Below, in pieces: positions 1 through 11,888 of a stretch of DNA of 64,000 nucleotides. Location of the stretch: assembly GCF_964194155.1 (NCBI RefSeq), contig NC_135891.1, positions 93,868,001-93,932,000 on the forward strand, read 5' to 3'. The stretch's first letter is position 1. The number at the start of each line of letters is the position of its first letter. Both the position numbers and the translations under genes were made by a program. This DNA is from Cetorhinus maximus (taxonomy: Eukaryota). Under the pieces are notes generated by a model. That model was not told the DNA's origin. It saw only the letters and a program-made list of their open reading frames with translations, and did not search any database.

Positions 1-879
1 AGGAACTATCTATATACAAGTTTTTGCTTTCTCTCAAACCTTGGAAGGCCAGAAGGAGGAGAGGGTGCCTGTGGAGTCATGATGGTACTGAAGGTTCATC
101 ATGGAATTAAGAAATTACCCTGATTATAACAACATGCATTAACAAGGAGATTTTGGTCTTTTTAATTGCACCCTCCATTAGCTTGGCCATACTTTAGTGA
201 TATAGATGTAAACAACAGCTCTACGTTTTCATTTCCATTTTTGTTCTGTCACTTTTCAAAGGTCTACACACGCACATTGCTTCATTGCTGAAGATAAGTC
301 ATCAACCCCTTTAACCTTCAGCTCTGTGTATATAACTCCAGGGGACAGGTTAAGGTAGGATACATTTGCACTTACACTGTTTCTTACCTTAGTGACTCTA
401 TTCAAGTTCTGGAATGCCCTCCTAATTTCTTTCAAGCTTCTAATTGTCATAAATCCTCAGTTCACCTTGCCAGTTATTTCTTTCCAGGCGGCAACTTTTC
501 TGACAGTAATGGCTGAACACTGAACAGATTCGCTGATACTAAGCCTGGGTTTCTAGTTACCACATCCAGCCATTGTATCAAAGTTCAGTCTCCTTGGCAC
601 ACAGTTGGAATAACTATTTTCTGAGATTGATACCAAATAAGCAGTTTGTTCACTTCTTGACAAGTGTGAAAATTATAATTTTCAGATAGACTCTTAAACC
701 TGTGGTACTGATAGTTGTGCTGACTTAATAAAAGCTGTGTTTCAAAAACCATTCCGTTTGTGAGCAGTCCAAACCCTCAAATATCTCTGAGAGGAAATAT
801 GGGCCGAAATGTTTTATGGTATCGCCATAGGCTGTGCTGAACAGAGCCACGCTGATGTATATTGGTTTTACAACACAAG

Positions 880-1530
880 TTGTCTCCATCCTGCCTCAGC
901 CCACCTGCTGCTGAAACCATCATTTTTGCTTTTATTACCTCCAGATTTGACTATTCCAGTGCTATTCTGGCTGGTCTCCCAACTCCCACCCTCTATAAAA
1001 TTGTACTCATCTAAAATTTCCATAAGGTGACTGGCACATACTCCCGTTCACCCTTTGGTCACTGACCTACATTGGCTCTCTGTCATCACTGCCTCAAATT
1101 TGTCCTTTAGGGAAGGCAATCCTCACCTGGTCTGGCCTACATGTGACTCTAGACCCACAACAATGTGGTTGGCTCTTAAATGCTCTCTGAACAAGGGCAA
1201 TTAGGGATGGGCAATAAATGCTGGCCTAGCCAGTGATGCCCACATCCCATGAACGAATAAAAAATAAATAAAATTCTTCTCCCTGTGTTCAAATTCCTCT
1301 ATGGCCTCTCTCAATCCTATCTCTATAACCTCCTCCAGTCTTCCAAGAACTCTGTTTTTCCCCAATTCTGGCCTGTTACACATCCTCGACTTCCTTCATC
1401 TACAATCGATGGCCGTTTCATCAACTGTTAAAACTCCAAGTTCTGGAATTCCCTCCCTAAACCTCTCCATCACTCTCTCCTCCTTTAAGACACGCCTTAA
1501 ACCCTACCTCTTCAACTAGCTTTTGGTCAC
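880..1530 (+). mobile_element. L2-type LINE 3' fragment, interrupted by a SINE 3' half at about 1102-1265
   Basis: Decayed RT C-terminal motif (cctgcctcagcccacctgctgctgaaacc...acctccagatttgactattcc, AAETL..F.TSR.DYS). It closely parallels the copy at 59490-60088. Confidence 0.7.
1102..1265 (+). mobile_element. 3' half of the tRNA-headed bipartite SINE
   Basis: gtcctttagggaagg...ctggtctggcctacatgtgactc...aagggcaattagggatgggcaataaatgctggcctagccagtgatgcccacatcccatga plus an A-rich tail. Same family as 20465-20837 and 39170-39525. Confidence 0.8.
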
Positions 1531-1533
1531 CTG

Positions 1534-1726
1534 CAATGTTCTCCGTAAACTGTGCGTGCAAGTTGCTTTTGCAGCCACATAGCAGCCTGGAAAGTACTGC
1601 ATAGGCCGTTCATGAGCTGTCCTCTTTAAGATACCACGCATGAATGGCTGTGCAAAGAAAGGTTAAAGGCACTGTGCATTCAAATGAAGAAGGTGTGCAC
1701 CATGAAAATATTCAGAGGGGACATTG
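1534..1726. mobile_element. Small non-autonomous DNA transposon (hAT-like MITE)
   Basis: Terminal inverted repeats caatgttctcc / agaggggacattg. The flanks gtcacctg / accatctg match 5 of 8 with only transitions, consistent with a decayed 8-bp TSD. Confidence 0.55.
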
Positions 1727-2789
1727 ACCATCTGATGTAATCTCTCCTTCTTTATCTTGGTGTCAGTTTTTTGCCTGATTCCATTCCTGTGAAACCATTT
1801 GGGATTTTTTACTGCGATAAAGACACTCTATAAACACAACTTGTTGTTTATGGTGCAGCTTACCTCGAAAATTGTTGCAGTTATGGTTGCAAAGGATGTT
1901 GACTGTGCCAACTTGCACCTCCAATGTGTTCATTATCCCTCCACGCCAGTTCCCAATCCCATTTTAGAGATCGGCTGCAGCTTTCAACATGCTGGCAATT
2001 CACCTTCCAGGGTTTAAGTGTAATAGTTTCTACAGTGCTCAGCCATATGTGGTTCTCTTTATTTTTATCCTTTTGGCTTTAAAATCTTTAATGCAATCAA
2101 GTTGAGGGTGTCTTGACTTGTTACAGTTGCAACAGAGAAATTATTCCTTTCTTGTCTATGTTCATTTGCATCCATTGAGGATTAATGTACGAACATCATG
2201 TTATGCAATGGGCTAGTTCCTCACATTGCATCATGCAACAATGTGGGCGAAACTCATCAACGTTACTATGTGATGCCTCTGCGTGCATCTGCATAGTGTG
2301 CAGACTGACTTTAACAACGCCTGAAAAAATGTTAAAAATACAGCCCCAACATTGCTCCCAATCCCTTAACCCGGCCACAGGGACTGGCAGAGCATTGAGG
2401 AAGATTGCTTTGCCCACTCATGCCCACATTTGATCGTCCGAGTATGACCTTTCGCACTCCCTAACAAAAGGTTCAGGGCCACAGCTGCAGGCTGGCCACC
2501 AACCTCAGGGCTTTCTGGCTTCAGAGCACAACCAGGAGATCCCAAAGCCCAAAGTTCCCTGAAAAGAAAAGGTAAATCTTACCATATGGACCCTTACTTG
2601 CTGACCTCCTCAAACTTTCCAATCTGGGAGCATCCCAGGAAAAAGGCTCAAGACCAACTTCTTGCAGATCCACTGGAAGGAGGCACTCATTGATTGTTTG
2701 AGAAGATACGAGGGAAAGCCAAGAAATCCCCTCCAAATCATTTCCATGCCAATACTGGGCTTCCACCCTAGGACAATGTGAAGGAAGCA

Positions 2790-3020
2790 GAAATAAAAAC
2801 AGAAAATGCTGGAAAAACTCAGCAGGTCTGGCAGCATCTGTGGAGAGAGAAACAGAGTTAACGTTTCAAGTTCATATGACTCTTCTTCAGACTTTAGAGT
2901 ACTCTGCAGGAAAGTCCAACTCTATTTCTCTCTCCACAGATGCTGCCAAACCAGCTGAGTTTCTTCAGCATTTTCTGTTTATGTTTCAGATTTGCAGCAT
3001 CCGCAGTATTTTGCTTTTAT
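2790..3020. mobile_element. Miniature fold-back Penelope-derived insertion with a hammerhead motif
   Basis: Inverted arms at about 2790-2860 and 2918-2990 (gctggaaaaactcagcaggtctggcagcatctgtggagagaga vs tctctctccacagatgctgccaaaccagctgagtttcttcagc). These are the same termini as at 42762-44709. The minus strand carries CTGAAGA..GAAACGTT at 2856-2894. Confidence 0.7.
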
Positions 3021-3722
3021 TAAAGAAGGCAGACTTGGTTTAAGAGGTTTCTGCCCCCTTTTTCCTGACATTTTTCCCTGATGTTCCCCAGAGGTAAAAA
3101 CTAAGAAAACGAGCTCCAATTACCCTCAGTATGTTGGTGTAGATTAATGCCTTGTCCATTTGTGATTTAAAATTAAAATAGATTATGTCATATACCTGAA
3201 ATTAGCAGCAATTGTTCTTTTTAATTCACTAGGATATAAAATGTTTACACATCCTTTTGAACCTATTGGAATCTGTGAACTGGCATTATTACTTGCAGGA
3301 TTTCTGAATTCTCAATGTAACCTTCATGTCTTGCCAACCATTTTGCTGAAAAACTGTAAGTTGGCATAAAAATTACCAGTAGTCAGGGTACTTACCCTGA
3401 GATTTCTGTTAATTCAATACAGAAACCTGCATCCTGTGGGGCTCTCAGGCAGAAAAGAATGTTGGAGAACTTCAAATGACTTTCTCTTTTACAATATTTG
3501 GATCATTCTTATTTTTTTTCCAGGTTTCAATTATGCTGGAGGCTAAGTTTATGTTGTTTCAGATCTCCTTCCATGTGGCAACTTTCCTGAATGATTTCTG
3601 GAGTTTCCCTAACACTGAACAGGTGGCCAAACCTTCAGGTGTTCCTAAGAGGCGTATGGAGAGGTGGATTATGATACAGTGTGTGTGAGACTACTGGAAG
3701 AAATAAGATCAGTGGGTTATGT

Positions 3723-3878
3723 TTCGTTGTTGACATTTTCGAGCACATCGCCTCCGAGGCCTTGTGCTTAATTCACTACAACAAGCGCCACACCATCTCG
3801 GCTAGAGAGATCCAGAGCACCGTCCGCCTCACGCTGCTAGGGGAACTGGCCAAACACGCCACCTCCGAAGGCATGAAA
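3723..3878 (+). pseudogene. H2B: Histone H2B fragment (52 codons, C-terminal half of the histone fold)
   Basis: [52 protein letters not shown] aligns without gaps to canonical H2B [52 protein letters not shown]. The N-terminus and the C-terminal AVTKY are absent. Confidence 0.9.
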
Positions 3879-3924
3879 CTCTTTCGAGTTATCAACAGTC
3901 ACAGACTGCAACTCTTTTGAGTAC

Positions 3925-4015
3925 AATCACAGTCCTTGGTTTCCAGGAGTGGGACATGAACCCACAACCCTCTGATTCAAAGGCGAGGGTGCTATGAACT
4001 GAGCCACAGCTGACA
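3925..4015 (-). mobile_element. tRNA-derived SINE head (Deu-SINE type)
   Basis: The minus strand reads tgtcagctgtggctcagt...tgaatcagagggttgtgggttcatgtcccactcc (A/B-box-like). It matches the head of the SINE at 7893-8305. Confidence 0.6.
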
Positions 4016-5237
4016 CCTCCCCAAAGGCATGAAAGCGGTCACCAGATACACCAACTCTGTTTAGGATGATCATTCTGAGGATTATAAAAACAAGAATGAG
4101 CAATTGCACAAAAGGGGTCCTGTTTGATTTAACTTGTGGCCAACGTCTATCATCAGTCATGGTCGAAGACTCACATGGACCAATACCAATGACTGATAAG
4201 TAATTTCCCACAAGCTACCAGCCCACTCAATGAGACCTCATAAAGAAATAATTGCGATTGGATTACCAATGTCAGTGAAGCAAACCGTGCAGATCAAAGG
4301 CCTTGCTGGACCAGTTTGTGGGGGCATTGGAGGAGGAAGCACTGGACTCCACATAGCTAATTATAGGACAGCAGCTGCAAACCATATTCATGCTGAATTC
4401 CTTAAAGCTTCTGGGGGCGGGCGAATGGGGAAGAACTGAAGTAGTTTTAAGTATCAGTGCCAACAACCACTGACTTGCTTTGGAGTTGCCAGGGACAGAA
4501 ATTAAAATTTTGTCCTTTTTTGTCCATTTTGCCCTATTTTTGGATTAATCTTTCAGTAGAAATTTTACATTGAATCTTTAAATGCCTCCCTTAAAAGTCA
4601 GAAGGTTCCAGCAACATAGTCTCTGAAGAGGTCAAATATTTTGACATGTTAATATCTTGGCTGTGATGTACACTTCCCTCATCCCATTAGGATAGACTGT
4701 AGGAAGAAGGTTACTTATTTTAATTGTGACATTATTTTTCAAACCTAGATGATGTAATTCTTTAAACCCTGTCAGCATCTCCAACTAATCATCCCTGTGT
4801 GTTGCCAATGGAGTACAGCTTTGGGATGTGTGAGGCCATCCACTTTGGACTCAAGATTGGTAAATCAGAGTATATTTTAAATGTTGAGAAACTAGGAACT
4901 CTAGTGGAGCAAAGAGATTTGAATATCTATGTGCCAAGTTATCTAAAGCTAAGGGACAGCTACAAGAAGTAATCATAAACACTAATAGGGTGCTGGCCTT
5001 TATGTCTAGAAGTTGGAATACAAAGGGAGGAAAGTTATGTTTCAGTTGTACAAAGCCTTGGGCAGACTTCATCTGGAGTATTGTGTTCAGTTCTGGGCAC
5101 CGCATCTTAGCTTGGAGAGGATGCTGCACAGATTCAACTGAATGATACTGGGGCTAAAAGGGTTAAATTGTGAGAACACATTGTATAAATTTGGCTTATA
5201 TTCCATTGAGTGTAGAGGATCGTGCAGTGCAGGGGTC

Positions 5238-8200
5238 TGGTAGCATAGTGGATTTATATTTGTGGACTAGTAATCCAGAGGCCTGGATTATCTGGATACA
5301 TGAGTTCAAATTCCAACATAGCAGCTAGGGAATTTAAATTCAGTTAATTTTAAATAAATGTGGAATGCATAGATAGTAACAGTAACGATGACCATATAAC
5401 TACCTGATTGTCGTAAGAAACCATCTAGTTCACTAAAGTCCTTTAGGGAAAGAAATCTGGTGTCCTTACCTGTTCGGCCTATATGTGACTCCAAACATAT
5501 AGCAATATGGTTGACTTTTAACTGCCTCTGAGATAGCTTAGCAAGTCACTCAGTTGTATCAAACTGCAACAAAAATTTCTAATAATAAAACTGGACAGAC
5601 CACCCGGCTTCAACCTCGGCACTGGAAATGACAAAGGCACACTAAGCCCAGTCGACCCCACCAAGTTATCCTCACTAGAGCTGTCCCACAGACTAGTCAA
5701 GCAGCAGCCTGATATAATCATATTCAAAGAATTATATCCAACAGCCAATGTGCCAGACTCCTATGTCATGTCCCACCAGCAGGACAGGTTTCACAGAGGT
5801 GGCGGCGGCACAGTGGTTTACAGTCAGGAGAGAGTGACCCTGGGAGCCTTCAACAGTGACTCTGGACCCCTTGAAGTCTCATGGCATCAGGTCATATATG
5901 GGCAAGAGAACCTCCTACTGATTACATCTACTGCCCTCCCGCAACTGATGAATCAGTGCTCCTCCATGTTGGAAGAAGCATTGAGGATAGCAAGGGCACA
6001 GAATGTACTCTGGTGGGGGACTTCAATATCCATCACCAAGAGTGACTTGGTAGTAACACTGCTGACCGAGTTGGCTGAATCCTGAAGGACATAGCTACCA
6101 GACTGGGCCAGCGGGAGGTAGTGAGAGAAAAAAATAAGAGGGAAAACCTACTTGATCTTGTCCTCACCAACCTACCTGCCGCAGGTGGATCTGTCCATGA
6201 TAGTATTAGTAGGAGTGACCACTGCACGGACGTCCAGTCTTCACACTGAGGACAACCTGCATTGTATTGTATTTCACTACTGCTGTGCTAAATGAGGTAG
6301 CTTCAAAACAGAACCTGTGAATCAAAACTGGGCACTGTGAGCCATCAGCTGCCGCAGGATTGTATTCTACCACATGCTGTAACCTCATGTCCTGGCATAT
6401 CCCTCACTCTACCATTACCATTAAGCCAAGGGACCGGACCTGGTTTAATGAAGAGTGTAGGAAAACATGCCAGGAGCAGCATCTGGCATACCTAAAACCA
6501 AGGTGCCAACCTGGTGAAGTTACAACATAGGACTAATGCATGCTAAACAGCTGGAGCAACATGCTATAGACAGAGCTAAGTGATTCAGCAACCAAAGAAC
6601 CAGGTCAAAACTTTGCAGCCCTGCCACAGTCAGTTGTGAATGGCAGTGGACAAATAAGAAACAATGGGAGGCGGAGGGTCCACAAACATCCCCATCCTCA
6701 ATGAGGGGGGACCCCAGCAAGTGAGTGCAAAAGACAAGGCTGAAGCATTTGCAACCATCTTCGGCCAGAAGTGTTGAGTCCATGATCTATCTTAGCCTGC
6801 CTCCGAGGTCTCCAGCCTCACAGATACCGGTCAATTGTACACACCCCTGGTGATATGAAGAAACAGCTGAAGGCAGTGGATGCTGCAAAGGCTATGGGCC
6901 CTGACAACATCCCAGTTGCAGTGCTGAAGATTTGTGCTCCATAACTAGCTGTGCTCCTAGCCAAGCTGTTTTAGTACAGTTACAACGCTGACATCAATCC
7001 AAAAAAGTGGAAGATTGCCCAGATATGTCCTGTAAATAAAAAGCAGAACAAATCCCATCCAGCCAATTAACACCCTTCACATCAGTTTACTCTCAATCAT
7101 CAGCTAAGTGAGGGAAGGTGTCATTGACAGTGCTATCAAGTATCACTTACCCACTGATAACCTGCTTACAAGTGGTTAGTTTGGGTTCCACCAGGATCAC
7201 TCAGATCCAGACCTTATTACAACCTTGGTCCAAACATTTGCAGAAGTGTTGAGTTCCAGAGGTGAGTTGAGAGCGATTGTCCTTGACATCAAGGAAGCAC
7301 TTGGCCAAGCATGATATCAAGGACCTCTAACAAAATTGAAACCAATGAGAATCAGGGGGAAAATTCTCCACTGGTTGGAGTCATACTTATCTCGACGAAG
7401 ATGCTTGTGGTTGTTGGTGGCCAAACATCTCAGCTCCAGGACATTGCAGCAGAGGTTTCTTAGGGCAGTGTCCAAAGTCTAACCACCTTCAGTTTCTTCA
7501 TCAATGATCTTCTCTCCATCATAAGGTCAGAAATGGAGATATTCATTGATGTGCACAGGCTTCAGTTCCATTTGCAACTCCAACAGCGAAGTAACTCATG
7601 TCTGCATGAAGCAAGACCTGGACAACATCCAGGCATGAACTAACAAGTGGCAAGTAACATTCACCACACAAGAGCCAGGCAATCTCTATTTCCAATGGGA
7701 GAGTCTAACCATCTCCCCTTGACATTTAGCAGGAGTACCATCATGAAATCCCCATCCTGGGGATTGCCATTGACCAGAAACTTAACTAGACCAGCCACGT
7801 AAATACCATGGCTACAAGAGCAGGTCAGAGGCTGGATATTCTGCAGCAAGCGACTCTCCTTCTGACTCTCCAAAGCCTTTCCACCATCTACAAAGAAAGA
7901 CTTACATTGTATAGCACCTTTCATGACCACCATGCATCTCAGATCACTCTGCAGACAATGAAGTACTTCTGATGTGTAGTCTTTGATCTAATATAGGAAT
8001 TACAGCAGCCTATTTGCACACAACAAACCCCACAAAAAGCAATGGGATAATGACCAGATAATCTACTTTTTTTTTTGTTGATTGAGGGATAAATATTGGC
8101 TGGGACAATCTCCTGCTCTGCTTCCAAATAGTGTCATAGGACAGGGCAGGCAGGGCCCCATCTCATCTGATAGGCAACACCTCTGACCACAAGGCATACC

Positions 8201-9035
8201 CTCATACTACACTGCAAAACCTGCCTTGAATTTTGTGCCCTTGGTGTGGGACTTAAACCTACAGCTTTCTGATTCAGAGGCAACAAACTGAGCCATGGCT
8301 GACACAAGGTACTAGGACTGTGTTGGAATACTCTCCACTTGCCTGGATAATGCTGAGCAACACTCAGGAAGCTCCACACCTTTCAGTTCAAAGCAGCACG
8401 CTTAATTGGCAACCCATCCACCACCTTAAACATTCTCTCCCTCCATCACCAGTGCACACTGGCAGGCAGTGGTGTGTGCCATCTACAAGTAGACTGCAAT
8501 GACTTTCCAAGGCTTCTTCAGCAGCACCGTCCAAACCCTTGATTCCTCCTACCAATAGGCACAAGGGCAGCTGATGCATGGGAACACCACTGCCCGCAAG
8601 TTTCCCTCCAAGCCGCACACCATCCTGACATGAAACTATATCGCCATTCCTTCACCATCACTGGGATTTCCTATCTAACAGCATTGTGGGTGCACCTACG
8701 CCACACAAACTACTAAAGTGACAATTGCAATTTAAATGAGAAACAGCATCAAAATAGATCAAATCAGCATACCAGCATCTCTGGAACATCTATAGTTCTA
8801 AACAGTTTCCTTAAGAAACTTAATGTAGCATGAATTGGTAGTAAACAGGATTGGACCACTGTGCCAGGGATATATCAGGATTATTTCAAATTATACTAAT
8901 TATATAATTACCAGGAAAGTATAGAAATTAGTGTCAGTTCATGATGGCGGCTCACCACCACCTTCCAAAGGGCAATAATGATGGGCAATAAAAACTGGCT
9001 TTGCAGCAGTGTCTATGTCCCATGAATAAATAAAA
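5238..9035 (+). mobile_element. Near full-length decayed CR1/L2-group LINE (APE + RT) with a tRNA-like 5' head
   Basis: A-box-like TAGCATAGTGG at 5241 and B-box-like GAGTTCAAATTCC at 5302. APE motifs include QQDR..GGG.V, GDFNIH at about 6017 and SDH at about 6214. RT motifs include xGSV..P at about 7461 and a degenerate FADD at about 7543. The 3' tail aagggcaat..gatgggcaataaa...cccatgaataaataaaaa ends at about 9035. Multiple stops and frameshifts. Confidence 0.85.
7893..8305 (-). mobile_element. Deu-domain SINE (SacSINE1/AmnSINE1-like) nested in the LINE
   Basis: On the minus strand: a tRNA head, then a Deu-domain-like core (cagccaatatttatccctcaa...gattatctggtcattatcccattgc..gtggggtttgttgtgtgcaaataggctgc), then an L2-type tail aaggtgctatacaatgtaagtctttcttt. 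LINE sequence resumes on both sides. Confidence 0.75.
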
Positions 9036-9332
9036 ATGAAGTGAGGGGTTTACAATATATTAAAAGGATTGAACAGGGCAAATACAGAGAAGCAATTTTC
9101 TCTATTGGGGCTATCCAGAAAAAGGGGGCATAACTTTAAAGTCAGAGCACGGACACTCAGGAGTGAAATCAGGGAGCATTTCTTCACAGGAAGGGCAACA
9201 GGTAGTTGGAACTCTCCTGGACAAAAGGTTATGGATACAGGGTGAATCGATTAAAGTCTCTGAGATTAAAGTTGATAGGTTTTTGTTAGGTAAGGGTATG
9301 AAGCAAAGGTGGGTAAATGAGGTTGAAATTTA

Positions 9333-9465
9333 CCGAAAAAGCAAAATACTGTGGATGTTGGAAATCTGAAATCAAAATATAAAAAGCTGGAAATACTCAG
9401 CAGGTCTGGCGACATCTGTGGGAAGAGAAACTGAGTTAACAATTCAGTTCGATGACCTTTCTTTA
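9333..9465 (-). mobile_element. Penelope terminal (pLTR) fragment
   Basis: aaaagcaaaatactgtggatgttggaaatctgaa...ctggaaatactcagcaggtctggcgacatctgtg is the reverse complement of the terminus at 44610-44709. Confidence 0.7.
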
Positions 9466-11334
9466 AGCAAGTGAAAGAGAGAAGGGTGCAAAAAGAACAA
9501 AGTGGAAATTTAATGCCTCACCCTGAAAGAGATTACAGCATTAATTTTGGGAGGTACTGCTGCCAGCTGAGCCTTGGCAAGGGGTCCAACATCCTGGCTT
9601 CCAATTTTCAGATCAGTAGTTTTAAAATTAATGGTAAATCACAAGGCCACTACATTTTGCCTGTTAGCAGTTCTATTCATCTTGCCTGTTTGTTTGTTCT
9701 TTGTTTGGGATAAATTAAGTTCTTTAAAGACGTGTTTATAGAATTGCTAAGAAGAGGGAATGCTTCTTTCTGCTTAGTATTTCTCTCAAATCCTGTAAGC
9801 AGAAGAATTGTCTGTCTGTCCTATTTGATAAACTCCAGAATCATACTATAGTATTTGTCTGTTCAACATTGGGTCTATAATATTTGTCTCTTTAAATAAT
9901 TCAGTTCCTAAGTAAACATCTCCACCAGTTTAGACTGTTGCCAAAAACGTGTCAAGCAGATGAAAGTATATCCTCTTAAATGACATGAGGTGCAATGGAA
10001 TCCTACAAATTAGCAGGTATCCAATGGAAAGGATGCTTTGTACTGTGGTCCACTATTACCCATATCCAGGCTGCGTTGTTCTTTTGTAGAAACTTTTTTT
10101 TCGGTGTGAATGAGAAAAAAAAAGCATTGGGAACAAGCCCAGTTATAATATGAACATAGCTTGAGTTTTAAGCTCGTTAATACTGGTATTCCATTTTTTC
10201 CACTTTCAATTAGATTGGAAGAAACAGGGAGCTTAGTGACCCATGCCTTTTGCTTTTCAGTACTGGGATCATGATTTGGAATACACACGAGTCCAATGCT
10301 TTTGGGGGTAATTCCCATCATTCTGTGAAGGATCTTTTGTCAGGATTTTGGTACCAGTCATTCCAGAATTTCTCATGTGCCAGAAGAGTTGCTTATGTTG
10401 GGAACAGACATGTGCTCACCATGGAGTACTGTTAATTTTCAAAGTGCCTATTGACTTTACTGTGTCAGCTAGTGAGTTGAAGGCAGCATAGGATTTACAG
10501 CAGGACTCACAGCAAGTGGTCTATTTCACAGGAAATAAACTCAGCAAACAGCATACTGCAGCAAACGATCTAATAGTTACATAACATAAATGGATCATTT
10601 CCCCAGCAAAATGCAGAGTGGAGAATAGTTACATAATTCAAGCTATGCGCATAAAATCAATCCCAGTTACAGCAGTGTGGTCTCCAGTTGTGATTAATGG
10701 GGGAGTTACTCAATAATCTCCATTCTGTGCAGGGGTCACTATATTCAGCTGCTAATTGCAAGTCCAGAAAAGTTAGAGAGGCTTTTCTGCACTTACTCAT
10801 TTAGTTTGCTTCCAGAGCCTTCTTGTGTTTAACTTTATGAGCCTGGGCTATATGTGAATATGTTTAACACATTCTGGGAGGGGATGTGAGATTGTCAGCT
10901 TAACGGTAGTATTTCAAATTATTGATGGTCAAAATCTTGAAACAACCCAGTCCAGGAATCTAGATGAAACAGTATGGGTTGCAAATATCACATTATTTGA
11001 GAGCGACCTCAGATGTCCCAAAAATGTTCTTGTCTGTGACAAGAAGTGTCTAAACACTGCGAATGGGCCACACATTGTATCCATCATTGAAAATGAGCAC
11101 TGCATCATACTAAAAGAATAATTGAGTGAGGTTGGCATAACATAATGTATAATCAAAATGTTACCTATCTCACCATATGAAGCACAATCACTATCCCACC
11201 CTGTTTACAAGGTGGGATAGGTAACAACAGTACCTTTTGCTTCCAGTTGATGTCAGCAGTGTTTCATGCTGAATCATAGCTGTGATCACTTGAATCCTGA
11301 CGATGATTCTTGTACTGAATATACTGTTCCTTTG

Positions 11335-11645
11335 TCTTTCGATTGAGACGCTAAACCTGCCCCTCTAAGGTGGAAATAAAAGATCTGACAGCATTCTTGG
11401 AAGAAGAGCAGGGTTGTTCTGCTGGCCATCCCGACAAATATCTATCCCTCACACACGTTACAAAAAACAGATTAGCAAGTGATTATAACGCTGCTGTTTG
11501 TGGGATCTTACTTTGGGCAAAATTGGTTCCATGTTTCTTACATTATAACATTGACTACACTCCAAAAGTACTTCATAGGCTGTAAAGCACTTTGCAATTC
11601 CCTGAATTTGTGAGAGGTTCTATATAAGCGGGAGCTCTTACTTCC
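11335..11645 (+). mobile_element. Deu-domain SINE, 5'-truncated
   Basis: ggtggaaataaaagatc..gaagaagagcaggg...tatccctc...gctgtttgtgggatctt...gactacactccaaaagtacttcataggctgtaaagcacttt. Same family as 7893-8305. Confidence 0.75.
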
Positions 11646-11717
11646 TTTTTCCTCTTCCTGACTGGGAACTGTTGGTTTTCATCATTATGGTTATTTATCT
11701 ATATAAATGAGATAGTG

Positions 11718-11888
11718 TTGGAATGCTGCCAAGCTGGGAAGGCTGTTTGGACAGAAATGCTGCTAGGGTAGGCACTGGCTAGGCTTGAAAACCACTAAAA
11801 TTGAAGTACTGCTAGAGTGGGAATGCTACTAGGATGCAAATACAGCTATGGTGGGTATGCCACTAGGGTGGGCACCTGCTAGGCTGCC
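11718..11888. repeat. Degenerate minisatellite, about 16-17 bp unit (gggaatgctgctagggt-like)
   Basis: Recurring units ggaatgctgccaagct, aaatgctgctagggt, gggaatgctactaggat, gggtatgccactagggt and gggcacctgctaggct. Confidence 0.5.

Larger units (their letters stand above)
4850..9320 (+). mobile_element. Old CR1 LINE 3' fragment, split (about 4850-5235 and 9037-9320) by a nested LINE
   Basis: CR1 ORF2 C-terminal motifs (LYKAL.R.HLEYCVQFWAP at about 5046-5102). They resume after 9037 with KG...RGHNFKV...FFSQ...WNSP. Confidence 0.75.

Noticed and set aside
256-450. ORF ending in CACVDL, superficially like a TGF-beta C-terminus
   Set aside because: It lacks the other cystine-knot cysteines and has no supportable exon structure or recognisable homology.
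4100-4460. Protein-like stretch (ALLDQFVGALEEEALDS)
   Set aside because: Interrupted by stops, and no family is recognised.
5238-5320. tRNA gene
   Set aside because: Only A/B-box-like remnants forming a SINE/LINE head are present, with no complete cloverleaf.
11718-11888. Short repeats as a possible CRISPR-like array
   Set aside because: The units are degenerate and adjacent with no unique spacers, the context is eukaryotic, and there are no cas genes.
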